DNA of 64,000 nucleotides from an uncultured Gemmatimonadaceae bacterium (GCA_963761305.1 CAVXGK010000001.1:1664001-1728000), one strand, 5' to 3'; positions 1 to 10,947 are shown, numbered from the stretch's first letter. The notes: generated by a model not told the origin, from the letters alone. A program made the numbers and translations.

Positions 1-179
1 TTGCTCTCCATGCGGTGCAGCGCGGGGTAGAGCGCGCCTTCTTCGATCTGAAGTTGATCGTGCGTCGCGTTCTGGATCCAGCGCAGCACGGCGAGACCGT
101 GCATCGGTCCCCAGGACAACGTCTTGAGGATCAGCAAGTCGAGCGTGCCACGAACGAGGTCGACCTCGGGCTGGTTCAT
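1..179 (-). CDS. PadR-family transcriptional regulator (5' part; runs off window start)
   Basis: Manual translation of the minus strand from ATG at 179: MNQPEVDLVRGTLDLLILKTLSWGPMHGLAVLRWIQ...IEEGALYPALHRME, a typical PadR signature; paralogue at 42925-43251. Not in the ORF track. Confidence 0.9.
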   Translation of the reverse strand, partial: MNQPEVDLVRGTLDLLILKTLSWGPMHGLAVLRWIQNATHDQLQIEEGALYPALHRMES

Positions 180-221
180 TCGTTGGCTCCACGACCCCGG
201 GATGAGCGGTGCGCCCTGTTA

Positions 222-236
222 CCTAAGATTCTTAGG
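222..236. promoter_or_regulatory. Palindrome CCTAA-GATTC-TTAGG upstream of PadR gene, putative autoregulatory operator
   Basis: Inverted repeat 43 bp upstream of the PadR start; same arm spacing as the palindrome upstream of the second PadR gene. Confidence 0.5.
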
Positions 237-336
237 CTCAGACAGCACCAGCGCAAGAAGGGTTGCCTGGATCGTCTCACTCGCCTCGTGCCGCGGTGAC
301 GCCTTCGGGGTGCCCGGGGTTTAGCGAGCAAGGCTG

Positions 337-882
337 ATGATCAGGGACCTCAAAGACCCGAAGCGATCGATCCTCCTGCTGGCAGCTACGCTCGTCGTGG
401 CCTGCTCGGCGGCGCCTCCGATCGCGCCGTCCGACGGCGAGCTGCCGATCGGAACCTGGGGCGGCGACAGCGCGGGAATGATCGTCGGCGACACGTCGAT
501 GCATCTGCACGTCGGGTGTACGTTCGGCGACGTCTCCGGGCGCATCAATGTCGCCGGCGACGGGAGCTTCGACGTCGAGGGCACGTACACGCTGCATGCG
601 TTTCCGATTGCCGTAGGCCCGACCGACCCCGCGCGGTTCACCGGCACGGTGACCGGCATGACGGCAATCGTGACGGCAACGATTCAGGACACCGCGCAGC
701 ACCAGACCGTGATGCACGGGCCGGTCGTCGTCTCGCTCGGCGTCGACCCTCGGCTCGGCCCATGTCCGATCTGCGCGCGCCCGGTGGTGACCAAATCCCT
801 CGGAGCGCGACTCGAAACGCGAATGTCGGCGATGCTACGCACGACGGCTCGGAGCGTTCGTCGGCTGGTCGGAGCGGATTAG
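337..882 (+). CDS. Hypothetical lipoprotein
   Basis: Signal peptide with lipobox-like LVVAC; GC-typical coding ORF. Confidence 0.7.
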   Translation: MIRDLKDPKRSILLLAATLVVACSAAPPIAPSDGELPIGTWGGDSAGMIVGDTSMHLHVGCTFGDVSGRINVAGDGSFDVEGTYTLHAFPIAVGPTDPARFTGTVTGMTAIVTATIQDTAQHQTVMHGPVVVSLGVDPRLGPCPICARPVVTKSLGARLETRMSAMLRTTARSVRRLVGAD

Positions 883-920
883 TCGCTGAGGGCCGGCCTG
901 ACGTAAGATCCAGTCCGGCC

Positions 921-1910
921 ATGAGCGACACTTTGCACGACCCTGGAACCGAACGCGCCCACGCGCGCGCCGACGCACACGCGTTTCCTCGACGCTTCAC
1001 GATCGGCAGGTCCGACGTTCGCGTCGGCACGGCGGGCTGGACCGACAAGACGCTCACCGCGCGCGGCGTGTTCTATCCCGCCGACGCGAAAACGCCGGAG
1101 GACCGGCTTCGCTACTACGCGTCCCGCTTCGCGCTCGTCGAGGCCGACATGGGGTTCTACGCGATCCCCGACCGCGCGCTCACCGAGCGCTGGGTCGAGC
1201 GCACGCCCGACGACTTCGTGTTCGACGTCAAAGCCCATGCGCTGATGACGGGCCACGCCACCGACGTCGCTCGGCTGCCGCGCGTGATTCGCGACGAGAT
1301 CCCGTCCGACGCCGGCCCGCGCGTGTACGCGAAGGACCTTCCGCCCGAACTGGACGACGAGGTGTGGCGCCTCTTCCGCGATGCGATGGAGCCGCTCCAC
1401 GCGAGCGGCAAGCTCGGCGCCGTCCTGCTCCAGTTCGCGCCGTGGGTGCTGCCCAACCGGGGAACGCCGGCGATGTTCGCTCGAGTGCGCGAGCGCCTGG
1501 GCGATCTGCCCGTGTCGATGGAGTTCCGTAATCCGAGCTGGCTGGCGACACGTCTTCGCGAGCGGCTCTGGGCGCAATTGCGCGATCAGGGTTTGACGTA
1601 CGTCGTCGCCGACACACCGCCGGGCACGAAGACGAGCCTCCCGATCGCGCCGGCAGTCACGACGCCCGACCTGGCGATCGTGCGTCTACACGGCCGCCGC
1701 AGCGAACTGTGGGGCGCGCGCGAGGCGACGGTGCTCGAGAAATACCGCTATCTCTACGACGCGGACGAGCTCGCCGACTGGCTGCCGACCATTCTCGAGT
1801 TGGCGGAACAGGCCGAACGAGTCCACGTCGTGTTCAACAACTGTTACGCGAACTATGGAACGACAAACGCGGCCGAGTTGGCCGCGTTGATCGACGACGG
1901 AGAGCGATGA
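921..1910 (+). CDS. DUF72 domain protein (YecE-like)
   Basis: VRVGTAGW, FYAIP, F.VKA, LGAVLLQF, RLHGR, FNN motifs; start placed at ATG 921. Confidence 0.9.
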   Translation: MSDTLHDPGTERAHARADAHAFPRRFTIGRSDVRVGTAGWTDKTLTARGVFYPADAKTPEDRLRYYASRFALVEADMGFYAIPDRALTERWVERTPDDFVFDVKAHALMTGHATDVARLPRVIRDEIPSDAGPRVYAKDLPPELDDEVWRLFRDAMEPLHASGKLGAVLLQFAPWVLPNRGTPAMFARVRERLGDLPVSMEFRNPSWLATRLRERLWAQLRDQGLTYVVADTPPGTKTSLPIAPAVTTPDLAIVRLHGRRSELWGAREATVLEKYRYLYDADELADWLPTILELAEQAERVHVVFNNCYANYGTTNAAELAALIDDGER

Positions 1911-1916
1911 GTGGCC

Positions 1917-2150
1917 CTAGGCGGCGAGCCGCCCGTTCGGCTTCCAGACCGGCGATCCCTTCCCGCTTGGATCTCCGATGCATTCGTAGACCGCGGGCGG
2001 AAATCCGTAAACACCAATCTCGAGAATGTCGCCTGCTTTCACGGTGACGTGCTGACCCAATGCGTCCACCGCGGCGAGGAATGACTCGCTCTCGATGACT
2101 CCATCTTGCCGCGAGGCCACGCCTCGCACAGAAAAACGGAATTGGGACAT
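1917..2150 (-). CDS. Small hypothetical protein (77 aa)
   Basis: ATG start, balanced composition unlike the Arg-rich shadow ORFs, fills the gap between genes. Confidence 0.6.
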   Translation of the reverse strand: MSQFRFSVRGVASRQDGVIESESFLAAVDALGQHVTVKAGDILEIGVYGFPPAVYECIGDPSGKGSPVWKPNGRLAA

Positions 2151-2290
2151 TATAGATTGCCTCGGTGTTCGTTCCAGGTTTTAGTACCCCTGCAGGTTCC
2201 TACGGTTGCAGGGCCTGCTCGGTGCCACCGTGCTGTTCGGGGGTATCCAGATCGCAGCACACTCGCGCACCTCGACTTCCGACACTTCTG

Positions 2291-4396
2291 ATGCGACTTC
2301 CCGTCCCCCTCCTACTGCCCCGGCCAGTCTCCCTTGCCGTTGCCGCCGCGGCCCTGGCCGGCCTGCCAGCCGCCGGCGTGCTCGCCCAGCAGCCGCGCTC
2401 CATCACGTTCGACGACTTTTCGGCCGTGCGCGGCGTGAGCGACCCGCAGCCGTCCCCCGACGGCAAGTCGGTCCTCTTCGCCGCGCGCACGACCGACGTG
2501 TCGGCCGACTCACGTACAGCGCACACGTACGTGATCCCGGTCGGCGGCGGTTTGCCGCGAGCGTTTCCCGCGGCCGAGGTCTCCGCGACCGAAGCGCGTT
2601 GGTCTGCGGATGGAAAACGCATTGCCTACATCGCGGCCGGACAACTCTGGGTGGCCGACGCGAGCGGCGGCGCTCGCAAACAACTCACCGACTTGAACGG
2701 TGGAGCCACCGGACCGATCTGGTCGCCGAATGGCGATCAGATCGCATTCACGTCCGCGGTGTATCCCGAATGCACCACCGACGCGTGCAACACTGCCAGG
2801 GCCAAGGCCGCGGCCGACAGCAAGGTGAAGGCACATGTCGCCGATGAACTGTTGTATCGGCACTGGAACGCGTGGGATGAAGGCACGCGCTCACATCTTT
2901 TCATCGTCGGCGTCGACGGCGGCGCGCCACGCGACCTCGTGCCCGGCGTGAAATACGACATTCCCCCCGGTCCGTTCGGCGGCAGCGAGGGCTACGCCTG
3001 GTCGCCGGACGAGCACGAGCTGGCGTACACGGCCAAGGATCAGGGTCGCGCCGACGCGTGGACGACGGATCTCAACGTCTACACAATCGCCACGTCGGGC
3101 GGCGCTCCCGCGGTGATCACCGCGTCGAACAAGGGCGCCGACGCGAATCCCGTCTACTCGCCGGATGGCAAGTACATCGCGTACGCGTCGCAAGCGCGCG
3201 CCGGATTCGAGTCGGACCGCCAGCGCCTCATGCTCTACGATCGAGCGCGCCATTCGAGCCGGGAGCTGTTGCCAAAGTGGGATCGCAACGCCGACGCGTA
3301 CTTCTGGTCGCCGGATTCAAAGATCGTCTACGTGCAGACGACCGACGCCGGCCGCGACAAGCTCTATCGCGTCGACGTCTCGAACGCCGGCGAAGCGAGC
3401 ACGCCGCAACTGGTCGTCGGTGAGCACAACAACTCGGCGTTCGCGCTGTCGCACGACGGTCATACGATCGCCTGGACGCGCAACGCGACGCAGTTTCCGG
3501 CCGAGGTGTACGTCGCCGACGTTACGTCGAGCGGCGCGTTCGCCGCGCACGCGCTCACGCACGAGAATGACGCCCTGGTCGCGCAGCTCGCGCTCAACCC
3601 CGCCGAGGATTTCTGGTTCACCGGCGCGGCGGGGGCGAAGGTGCAGGGCTTCATCGTCAAGCCGCCGAACTGGCGTCCGGGTCGCAAGTATCCCGCGATT
3701 CTGCTGATCCACGGCGGACCGCAAGGCGCGTGGCTCGACGAGTGGCACGGCCGCTGGAACTATCAGATGTTCGCCGCGACCGGCGCCGCGCTCATCATCG
3801 TGAACCCGCGCGGTTCGACGGGCTACGGGCAGAAGTTCGTCGACGACGTGTCGAAGGGCTGGGGTGGAAAGGTCTACACGGATCTCATGAACGGCCTCGA
3901 CGCGGCGCTGGCGAAGAATTCATGGATCGATTCGACCGAGCTCGGCGCCGCAGGCGGATCGTTCGGCGGCTACATGGTGGACTGGATCGCCGGCCACTCG
4001 ACGCGCTTCAAGGCGCTGGTGTCGCATGCGGGTCCGTTCAATCTCGAGAACATGGCCACCGCGACCGAGGAGCTGTGGTTCCCGGATTGGGAATACAGCG
4101 GGCCGTTCTGGGATTCCAAGGCGATGGCGACGCAGTATCGCGTCTACTCGCCGCATCTGTTCGTGAAGAACTTCAAGACGCCGACGCTCGTGACCGGCGG
4201 TGAGCTCGACTATCGCGTGCCGTATACCGAAGACCTCTCGATGTTCACGTCGCTCCAGCGCATGAACGTGCCGAGCCGGTTGGTGATCTTCCCCGACGAA
4301 GGACACTGGATCCTCAAGCCGCAGAACCAGAAGCTGTGGTGGGGCGAGGTGCAGAGTTGGCTCGAGAAGTATTTGAGCTCGAACCCGAAGGCTTGA
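2291..4396 (+). CDS. S9 family prolyl oligopeptidase / acylaminoacyl peptidase with PD40 beta-propeller
   Basis: Signal peptide, WSPDG repeats, IHGGP, GGSFGG nucleophile motif, DYRV, PDEGH. Confidence 0.95.
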   Translation: MRLPVPLLLPRPVSLAVAAAALAGLPAAGVLAQQPRSITFDDFSAVRGVSDPQPSPDGKSVLFAARTTDVSADSRTAHTYVIPVGGGLPRAFPAAEVSATEARWSADGKRIAYIAAGQLWVADASGGARKQLTDLNGGATGPIWSPNGDQIAFTSAVYPECTTDACNTARAKAAADSKVKAHVADELLYRHWNAWDEGTRSHLFIVGVDGGAPRDLVPGVKYDIPPGPFGGSEGYAWSPDEHELAYTAKDQGRADAWTTDLNVYTIATSGGAPAVITASNKGADANPVYSPDGKYIAYASQARAGFESDRQRLMLYDRARHSSRELLPKWDRNADAYFWSPDSKIVYVQTTDAGRDKLYRVDVSNAGEASTPQLVVGEHNNSAFALSHDGHTIAWTRNATQFPAEVYVADVTSSGAFAAHALTHENDALVAQLALNPAEDFWFTGAAGAKVQGFIVKPPNWRPGRKYPAILLIHGGPQGAWLDEWHGRWNYQMFAATGAALIIVNPRGSTGYGQKFVDDVSKGWGGKVYTDLMNGLDAALAKNSWIDSTELGAAGGSFGGYMVDWIAGHSTRFKALVSHAGPFNLENMATATEELWFPDWEYSGPFWDSKAMATQYRVYSPHLFVKNFKTPTLVTGGELDYRVPYTEDLSMFTSLQRMNVPSRLVIFPDEGHWILKPQNQKLWWGEVQSWLEKYLSSNPKA

Positions 4397-4433
4397 CGCG
4401 CCCGGCTGGCCGCTCTATCGGGACCACTTCGGT

Positions 4434-4665
4434 AACTGCTTCGACGCAGAGGCGCGGAGAAACGGAGAGGCGGAAAGGTACACCCAACCATCGTTGCGCC
4501 ACGAGCCGGGATTTTTTGGGGAACAGCCGCTCGGGAAGCGTCGTGCATCCGTCAAAAGCATGAAGCGTCCCGAGCGGCCGTTCCCAAAGAATCCCGGCTC
4601 GTTGTGCGACGGAATTCGTGTGTTCTCCTCGTCTCTGCCTCTCCGCGTCTCTGCGTCGAGCAGTT
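4434..4665. repeat. Nested palindromic repeat family A, copy 1
   Basis: AACTGCTTCGACGCAGAG...CGAGCCGGGAT...CCGCTCGGGA / TCCCGAGCGG...ATCCCGGCTCG...CTCTGCGTCGAGCAGTT, between convergent genes. Confidence 0.95.
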
Positions 4666-4688
4666 GTAGTTGCAGTTGCTTTGTCGGC

Positions 4689-7322
4689 CTAGTTACCGGA
4701 TCGAACCTCGAGCCGGTACCGGCCGTGTGACGAGAGGAACGACGCCCCCGTCCCCGTCACGGTCGCGTAGACGATTCCCGGCGTGAGCGTGAGGCGCACG
4801 CGCGAGCAAAACGGACTCGGGAGCGTGTTGACGTTGTCGCTCGAGCCGAGGCTCGCTCCGGCCGCCGACGCCACGCTGAGGAACGTGTCGAGCTCGATGC
4901 CGAAGCCGCACGAGCCGACCACGCCCGACGTTTCGAACGTGTAGGTCCCGGCTGTCGGGATCATCACCCGATACATGTCGTGCGTGTCGGGCGTCGTGAT
5001 CTCGCCGACGGCGTAGCTCCCGACGGTGAGGATGTTGGCGTGCGAAATGTCGTCGTTGGGTTCGACCTCCACCGGCAGCGCGAGCGTGATGCCCGTCGTC
5101 TGCACGCCCCCGGCGACGTTGAACACCGTCGAGTTGCCGAGTCCACCGGCAACCGAGAAGCGCCGGCCGGGCACGCCGATCAAGGAGTCACCCGCTTCGT
5201 CTTCGCCGGCCTGCACGTAGTACGATGAGCCGTTCGTCAGCTTGGCGAATGCAAAGCTGCCGTCAGGGTTGACCTTCGCGGTCCGCGCGACCGTGCCCAA
5301 CGTCGCGTCCACCAAGCGGACGTACGTCTGACGCGCCGGGCCGGTGGTCTGCGTCAACGCGTTGTAGGCGTCCACGATCCCCCAACCGAATGAATCGCTG
5401 CGCGACGCGCCGGCCGGCCGCGTCGCGAATTGTTCGATGCGCGACCGGAGCTGCACCGCGGTGAGCGCGGGATTCTGCGCCAGCAGCAGCGCGGCGACTC
5501 CCGAAACGAACGGCGCCGACGCCGACGTGCCGTAGCCGAGGATGAACTGGGGCGAGTTTCCTTCGAAATCCCAGCCGGGTCCGATCACCGCGTCACCGCC
5601 GTTGTCGTCGAGGCGGAAGTCGCCGCCCGGCGCCGCGACGGAGATGTTGGTACCGGCGTTCGAGTAGGTGGCGAGCGATCCGTCCATCCCGACCGCCGAC
5701 ACCGCCATCACGCCCGGATACGCCGCGGGAAACGTCGGAACCTGCTCGTCGCTCTCGTTGTTGCCGGCCGACGCGACGATCAGCGTGCCCGCCGACACCG
5801 CGGCCGCGACCGCGTCGCTCATGACCGGATCGTCGAAGCCGCCGCCCAAGCTCATGTTCATGATCGGCGACCGCGGCGCCTGGACCATCGTGTTGTTGGC
5901 GCCGAGCGCTGGCAACCCCGCGGCGTACAACACGCCCTGGGCGATGTCGAAGAACGTGCCCGAGCCCATGATGTCGAGCACCCGGATCGGGCGAATCTTC
6001 ACGTTCCAGTTCACGCCGGCCACGCCAAGGTTCTGGTTGCCGACCGCGCCGATGATTCCCGACGTCCACAACCCGTGGTCGCCGGCCGACAAGTGGAACC
6101 AGCAGTTGGCGATCGAATCGAACGCGATGTCGTCGGTGTCCGTCGGGTCCGGGTCGGGGCCATCGCCGTCGCCGGCCGTCGTGTTGTACGAGAATGGATT
6201 CCCGTCGTCGCAATTCACGTTCGTCGAATCGAAGGCAAAGCCGGTGACGAAGTCGTAGCCGTCTTTGGTGAGATTGGGCGCGACGCTGGCGTGCTCGAAG
6301 CGGACGCCCATGTCGAGCACGGCGACCGTGACGTTCGAGCTGCCGGTTGTCACCGCCCACGCCCTGGGCAGGTCGACCATGTTCGCCGCCCACATCTCGT
6401 ACGGATAGAAGTGGTCGTTCGGGAGGATCGTGTTCACCGCGCTTCGCGACGGGCCGGCGGACGCGGCATCAGCGGCGCGCATCTGCGCGAAGAGCGACGC
6501 GTTCGCGACACGCGCCTGCGGCGCGCCGTCGCGAATGCTGATCGTGTGTTCGCGCTCGACGTAGGCGACGTCCGACTCGGCCCGCAGCGAATCGATCACG
6601 GCGTCGATGCGTGTCGTGTCGTCGATCGTGAGCCGCGCGGCGAGAATCACCGGCGAGATCTCCGGCCGGCGCATCGCGTGCGACGCGGCGAGCGCGTTGA
6701 CGCGCGAACGAAGGCGGCTCACCGCCGACTGGGCCGTCGACATCGCGCGATACGACATCGATCCGGCCGTGGCCAGGCCCAACGGCGCGCCCTTGAACCC
6801 GATCACGATGCGATTCGAGGGCATCCGCTTTCCTGCCGCGAACGACTTGGCGGTGGACGCGAGCGCGACCCGCGACGGCAGCCGGTTGAACGTGCTCGCG
6901 AACGGATTCACCACCGCCGGCGTCACCGTCCCGGCGATCGTCGCTCCGTTGCCGGCGACGAACGACACCGAGGCCGCCGGAATCTGCGCGCTCGTCACGG
7001 TCACGACCTGCGTGCCGACCGTCGCCGACAGCGTCCACGTCACCGACGACTGGCCGCTCTGGTCGGTCGTCGTGCTCGCGGCGCTCAACGTGCCGCCGCC
7101 GGTCACGGTCCACGCGAGCGGCACGCCCGCGACGGCCTTTCCGCCTCCGTCGAGCACCCGCACGACCAGCGCCGTGTCGAGCGCCGACGACACGTTCGCC
7201 GATTGGTTGTTCCCGGACACGATGACGAGGGTCGTCGGCGTGTGTGGGATGGTCGCCGAGTCGTGGCAAGCGGCGAGAGCGGCGGCTGCCACGGCAGTCG
7301 CGAGAATGGCCCGAGAATTCAT
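4689..7322 (-). CDS. S8 (subtilisin-like) serine peptidase lipoprotein with Ig-like and PPC-like domains
   Basis: Lipobox LAAC; catalytic VAVLDMG, HGLWTSG, ASAGN, GTSASAP. Confidence 0.93.
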   Translation of the reverse strand: MNSRAILATAVAAAALAACHDSATIPHTPTTLVIVSGNNQSANVSSALDTALVVRVLDGGGKAVAGVPLAWTVTGGGTLSAASTTTDQSGQSSVTWTLSATVGTQVVTVTSAQIPAASVSFVAGNGATIAGTVTPAVVNPFASTFNRLPSRVALASTAKSFAAGKRMPSNRIVIGFKGAPLGLATAGSMSYRAMSTAQSAVSRLRSRVNALAASHAMRRPEISPVILAARLTIDDTTRIDAVIDSLRAESDVAYVEREHTISIRDGAPQARVANASLFAQMRAADAASAGPSRSAVNTILPNDHFYPYEMWAANMVDLPRAWAVTTGSSNVTVAVLDMGVRFEHASVAPNLTKDGYDFVTGFAFDSTNVNCDDGNPFSYNTTAGDGDGPDPDPTDTDDIAFDSIANCWFHLSAGDHGLWTSGIIGAVGNQNLGVAGVNWNVKIRPIRVLDIMGSGTFFDIAQGVLYAAGLPALGANNTMVQAPRSPIMNMSLGGGFDDPVMSDAVAAAVSAGTLIVASAGNNESDEQVPTFPAAYPGVMAVSAVGMDGSLATYSNAGTNISVAAPGGDFRLDDNGGDAVIGPGWDFEGNSPQFILGYGTSASAPFVSGVAALLLAQNPALTAVQLRSRIEQFATRPAGASRSDSFGWGIVDAYNALTQTTGPARQTYVRLVDATLGTVARTAKVNPDGSFAFAKLTNGSSYYVQAGEDEAGDSLIGVPGRRFSVAGGLGNSTVFNVAGGVQTTGITLALPVEVEPNDDISHANILTVGSYAVGEITTPDTHDMYRVMIPTAGTYTFETSGVVGSCGFGIELDTFLSVASAAGASLGSSDNVNTLPSPFCSRVRLTLTPGIVYATVTGTGASFLSSHGRYRLEVRSGN

Positions 7323-7408
7323 GAAGTCAACTCGATACGCCGCTCGGCGGCGCAAACGGCTCAAGGGTGGGCGAGCGTGCTAATTCAACTTTTCATGAAG
7401 AGCGTTCG

Positions 7409-9808
7409 TCACTCGCCGTACGGGACCCACACGTTCTTCACTTGCGTTGCCGCCCGTAGAAACTCGCGGCCTTCGCCTTCGGTTCGGTCGAGCCAGTCGC
7501 GACCGTGCCACGTCGCCCAGGTGCGTTTCATGTTGGAGGCGGATGCCAGTTCGACGATTTTGACCCCCTCTTGGTGACCGAAATACCACGCGGCCTCGAC
7601 GTCGTCGTGCTCGGCCAGCACCTTCGAGAGGGAATCCTTGTCGCCCGTCACGATGTTGATCACCCCGCCCGGGACGTCGGACGTCTCCAGCACCGAGTAG
7701 AAATCAGTCGCGGCGAGCGGATGGCGCTGCGACGGGATCACGATCGTCGTGTTGCCCGTCGCCACGGCCGGCCCCACGAGCGAGACGAGACCGAGCAACG
7801 GCATTTCGTCCGGACAGGCGATGCCGATCACACCGATCGGCTCGTTCATCGCGATCGACACGCCGCGGATCGGTACGCTGTGCACCGCGCCGTCGTACTT
7901 GTCGGCCCAGGCGGCATAAGTGAACAAGCGCGAGATCGACGCGTCGACTTCGCGTCTCGCGCGCCGCCCGCCACACTCCGTCATGTCGTCGATGCGCCCC
8001 GCGAACTCCCTGGCGCGCGCCGACAGGTTCTCGGCGACGTAGTAGAGAATCTGTCCGCGGTTGTGGCCGGTCGAGCGCGCCCAGGCCGTTGCCGCGGCGT
8101 GCGCCGCTTCGACGGCGTTGCGAATGTCCTTGCGATTTCCTTCCGGCGATTCGCCGACGACCTTCCCCGATGGGGAGACGATGCGTCGCGTGTAGCCCTG
8201 ATCCGGACGCATCTGCTTGCCACCGATGAACAGTTTCGGCGTGCGGTCGATGTCGGGGCCCTGATCCCCGGCCTCCGCCCTCGGCGCGACGGCAAGGCCG
8301 CCGTCGAGCGATGGCTTCGTTGCCTCGGCGACCGACGCCTTGTGGCTCGTGATTGGCCGCAAGTACTCCCACATTCCCTCGCGTCCACCCTCGCGGCCGA
8401 ATCCGCTCTCGCGATAGCCGCCGAATCCCGCGGCCGCGTCGAACAGGTTCGTCGAGTTCACCCACACCACGCCCGCCTTGATCTTGGGCGCGATGTCGAG
8501 TGCGAGGTTGATGCTCTCCGTCCACACGCTCGCCGCGAGACCGTACGGCGTGTTGTTCGCAAGCGCGATCGATTCGTCCGGCGTTCGGAACGTCATCGTC
8601 ACCAGCACCGGACCGAAGATCTCCACCTGCGCGATCGTCGACGACGGCTGCACGTCGGTGAACAACGTGGGAGGATAGAAGTATCCCTCGGTCGGACACG
8701 CCCACGACGGCTGCCACATCGTCGCGCCTTCGTCGACGCCCTGCTTCACCAGGCCGCGAATGCGCTCGAGCTGCACCGGCGCGACGATCGCGCCCATGTC
8801 CACCGCCTTGTCGAGCGGTGCGCCGAGTCGAAGCTTCTCCATCCGCGCACGCAGCTTGTTCACCAGCCGCTCGGCCACGCCTCCCTGCACGAGGAGGCGC
8901 GAGCCGGCGCAGCACACCTGGCCCTGATTGAACCAGATCGCGTCGACCACGCCCTCCACCACACCGTCGAGATCCGCGTCGTCATAGACGATGAACGGAC
9001 TCTTTCCGCCGAGCTCGAGGCTCAGCTTCTTGCCCGAGCCGGCCGTCGCGCGGCGGATGATCCGACCGACCTCGGTCGATCCGGTGAATGCGATCTTGTC
9101 GACGTCCGGGTGCTCGACCATCGCGGCGCCGGTCGACCCGTCGCCCGTGATGATGTTGACTACGCCGGCTGGCAGGCCGGCCTGTTCGACGATTTCCGCG
9201 AACGCGAGCGCCGTCATCGGAGTGAATTCGGCGGGCTTGAGAATCACTGTATTACCGGCTGCCAACGCCGGCGCGATCTTCCACGCCAGCATGAGCAGTG
9301 GGAAGTTCCACGGAATGATCTGGCCGACGACGCCGACCGCTTCGTAGCCGGCGAACTCCGTGTCGAGCAGCTGCGCCCAACCCGCGTGGTGGTAGAAATG
9401 CCGGGCGACGAGTGGGATGTCGATGTCGCGCGTCTCGCGAATCGACTTGCCGTTGTCCATGGTCTCGAGCACGGCGAGCAACCGCGAATGTTTCTGCACG
9501 CCGCGCGCGAGCGCGTACAGGTAGCGCGCCCGCGCGTGCGGGGTGAGCGCCTTCCACTTGGGGAGCGCGACGCGCGCCGCCCGCACCGCGGCGTCGACTT
9601 CGGCCGCGGTTCCGCTCGTGACCCGGGCGATCGTCTTGGCCGTCGAGGGATTGATCACCTCGAACATCGAACCCGGTTCGGTCCACGCGCCGGCGATGTA
9701 GTGGCCGAACACGCGTTCGTGTCTGCCGAGCCAGGCGAGCGCTTCCTTGTCGCTCTCCGGCGCCGGCCCGTACTCCATCGTTTGAAAGATTTCAGCGACG
9801 GTGGTCAT
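7409..9808 (-). CDS. Aldehyde dehydrogenase, long two-domain (ALDH16-like) form
   Basis: PWNFP, FTGSTEVG, LELGGKSP, GQVCCAG, EIFGP, followed by a second partial ALDH domain; lies downstream of deoC. Confidence 0.93.
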   Translation of the reverse strand: MTTVAEIFQTMEYGPAPESDKEALAWLGRHERVFGHYIAGAWTEPGSMFEVINPSTAKTIARVTSGTAAEVDAAVRAARVALPKWKALTPHARARYLYALARGVQKHSRLLAVLETMDNGKSIRETRDIDIPLVARHFYHHAGWAQLLDTEFAGYEAVGVVGQIIPWNFPLLMLAWKIAPALAAGNTVILKPAEFTPMTALAFAEIVEQAGLPAGVVNIITGDGSTGAAMVEHPDVDKIAFTGSTEVGRIIRRATAGSGKKLSLELGGKSPFIVYDDADLDGVVEGVVDAIWFNQGQVCCAGSRLLVQGGVAERLVNKLRARMEKLRLGAPLDKAVDMGAIVAPVQLERIRGLVKQGVDEGATMWQPSWACPTEGYFYPPTLFTDVQPSSTIAQVEIFGPVLVTMTFRTPDESIALANNTPYGLAASVWTESINLALDIAPKIKAGVVWVNSTNLFDAAAGFGGYRESGFGREGGREGMWEYLRPITSHKASVAEATKPSLDGGLAVAPRAEAGDQGPDIDRTPKLFIGGKQMRPDQGYTRRIVSPSGKVVGESPEGNRKDIRNAVEAAHAAATAWARSTGHNRGQILYYVAENLSARAREFAGRIDDMTECGGRRARREVDASISRLFTYAAWADKYDGAVHSVPIRGVSIAMNEPIGVIGIACPDEMPLLGLVSLVGPAVATGNTTIVIPSQRHPLAATDFYSVLETSDVPGGVINIVTGDKDSLSKVLAEHDDVEAAWYFGHQEGVKIVELASASNMKRTWATWHGRDWLDRTEGEGREFLRAATQVKNVWVPYGE

Positions 9809-9939
9809 TTCGGAGAGGAACGAGTGCGGGGGCGGGGGTGGGGACGGGGTGCGGAGACCTGGAACGGGTGCAGGGGCGCGGCGGGATCATCGCGCGTCGG
9901 TCACCGCACACCGCCGCCGCTCTCCGCACTTGGCCGCCC

Positions 9940-10947
9940 TCACTGCATCGGTTGGTGGTGCGCGGCGGCGTACCGGCCGGTCACGAAGTGCTCGAGCTGT
10001 CGTTCGATGTCGGTGAGGAGCGAGCTGGCGCCGAACCGGAACAGGTCGGCGCGGAGCCAGCGATCGCCTAATTCCTCTTTCATCAAATAGAGATACTCGA
10101 GCGCGTTCTTGGCCGAGCGAATCCCGCCGGCGGGCTTGAAGCCGACGGCGTAGCCGGTGCGCTCGAAGTATTCGCGGATCATCCGGCACATCACTACACC
10201 GAAGGGCAATGTCGCGTTCACGCCTTCCTTGCCGGTCGACGTCTTGATGAAGTCGGCGCCGGCCTGCATCGCAACCATGCTCGCGCGGGCGACGTTGCCG
10301 AGCGTGGCGAGCTCGCCGGTGGCAAGGATGGCCTTCATGTGCGCGTCGCCGCACGCCTCGCGGAAGCGGCGCACTTCGTCGTAGAGCGCCTCGTAGTTGC
10401 CGGTGAGCACGTGGCCGCGCGTGATGACGATGTCGATCTCCCGCGCGCCGGCCTTCACGCTGGCGTGAATCTCTGCAATCCGCTGCTCGATCGGGCTCAA
10501 TCCGGCCGGGAATCCCGTCGAGACAGCGGCGACAGGAATGTCCGAGCCGGCAAGTGCGTCCACCGCCGTCTCGACGAGCGAGTGGTAGACGCAGACAGCA
10601 CCGACGTGAATCCCGAGTTGGTCCGCACCGAGTGAGCGCGAGAGATCGTCGCGCAGCGGGTGACGTGCCTTCGCGCAGAGACGGCGAACGTTTCCCGGCG
10701 TGTCGTCGCCCGAGAGCGTGGTCAGGTCGATGAGCGTGATGGCGCGCAGTAGCCACGCCGCCTGCCACTCTTTCTTCACAGTGCGACGCGTCGGAATCGT
10801 CGCCGCGCGCCGTTCCACGGCACTTCGGTTCACCCGGATCGCGCGCACCGCGTCGAGATCGAGCGCCATGCCAGGATTGCGCTCGACGTGATCGGCGGGG
10901 AGCGGCCGCGGCGTCGTGATCAGGGTGAGCGTCGGCTTGGCGGTCAT
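9940..10947 (-). CDS. deoC: Deoxyribose-phosphate aldolase
   Basis: IDLTTL.GDDT, AVCVY, EIDIVI, FIKTSTGK, GFKPAGGI, RFGASSLL. Confidence 0.95.
   Translation of the reverse strand: MTAKPTLTLITTPRPLPADHVERNPGMALDLDAVRAIRVNRSAVERRAATIPTRRTVKKEWQAAWLLRAITLIDLTTLSGDDTPGNVRRLCAKARHPLRDDLSRSLGADQLGIHVGAVCVYHSLVETAVDALAGSDIPVAAVSTGFPAGLSPIEQRIAEIHASVKAGAREIDIVITRGHVLTGNYEALYDEVRRFREACGDAHMKAILATGELATLGNVARASMVAMQAGADFIKTSTGKEGVNATLPFGVVMCRMIREYFERTGYAVGFKPAGGIRSAKNALEYLYLMKEELGDRWLRADLFRFGASSLLTDIERQLEHFVTGRYAAAHHQPMQ

Noticed and set aside
5430..10090. Long antisense ORFs (5430-7577 and 7505-10090; similarly 22072-23982, 25105-26604, 40069-41814)
   Set aside because: Shadow ORFs expected from high-GC codon bias opposite well-supported genes; no recognisable motifs.
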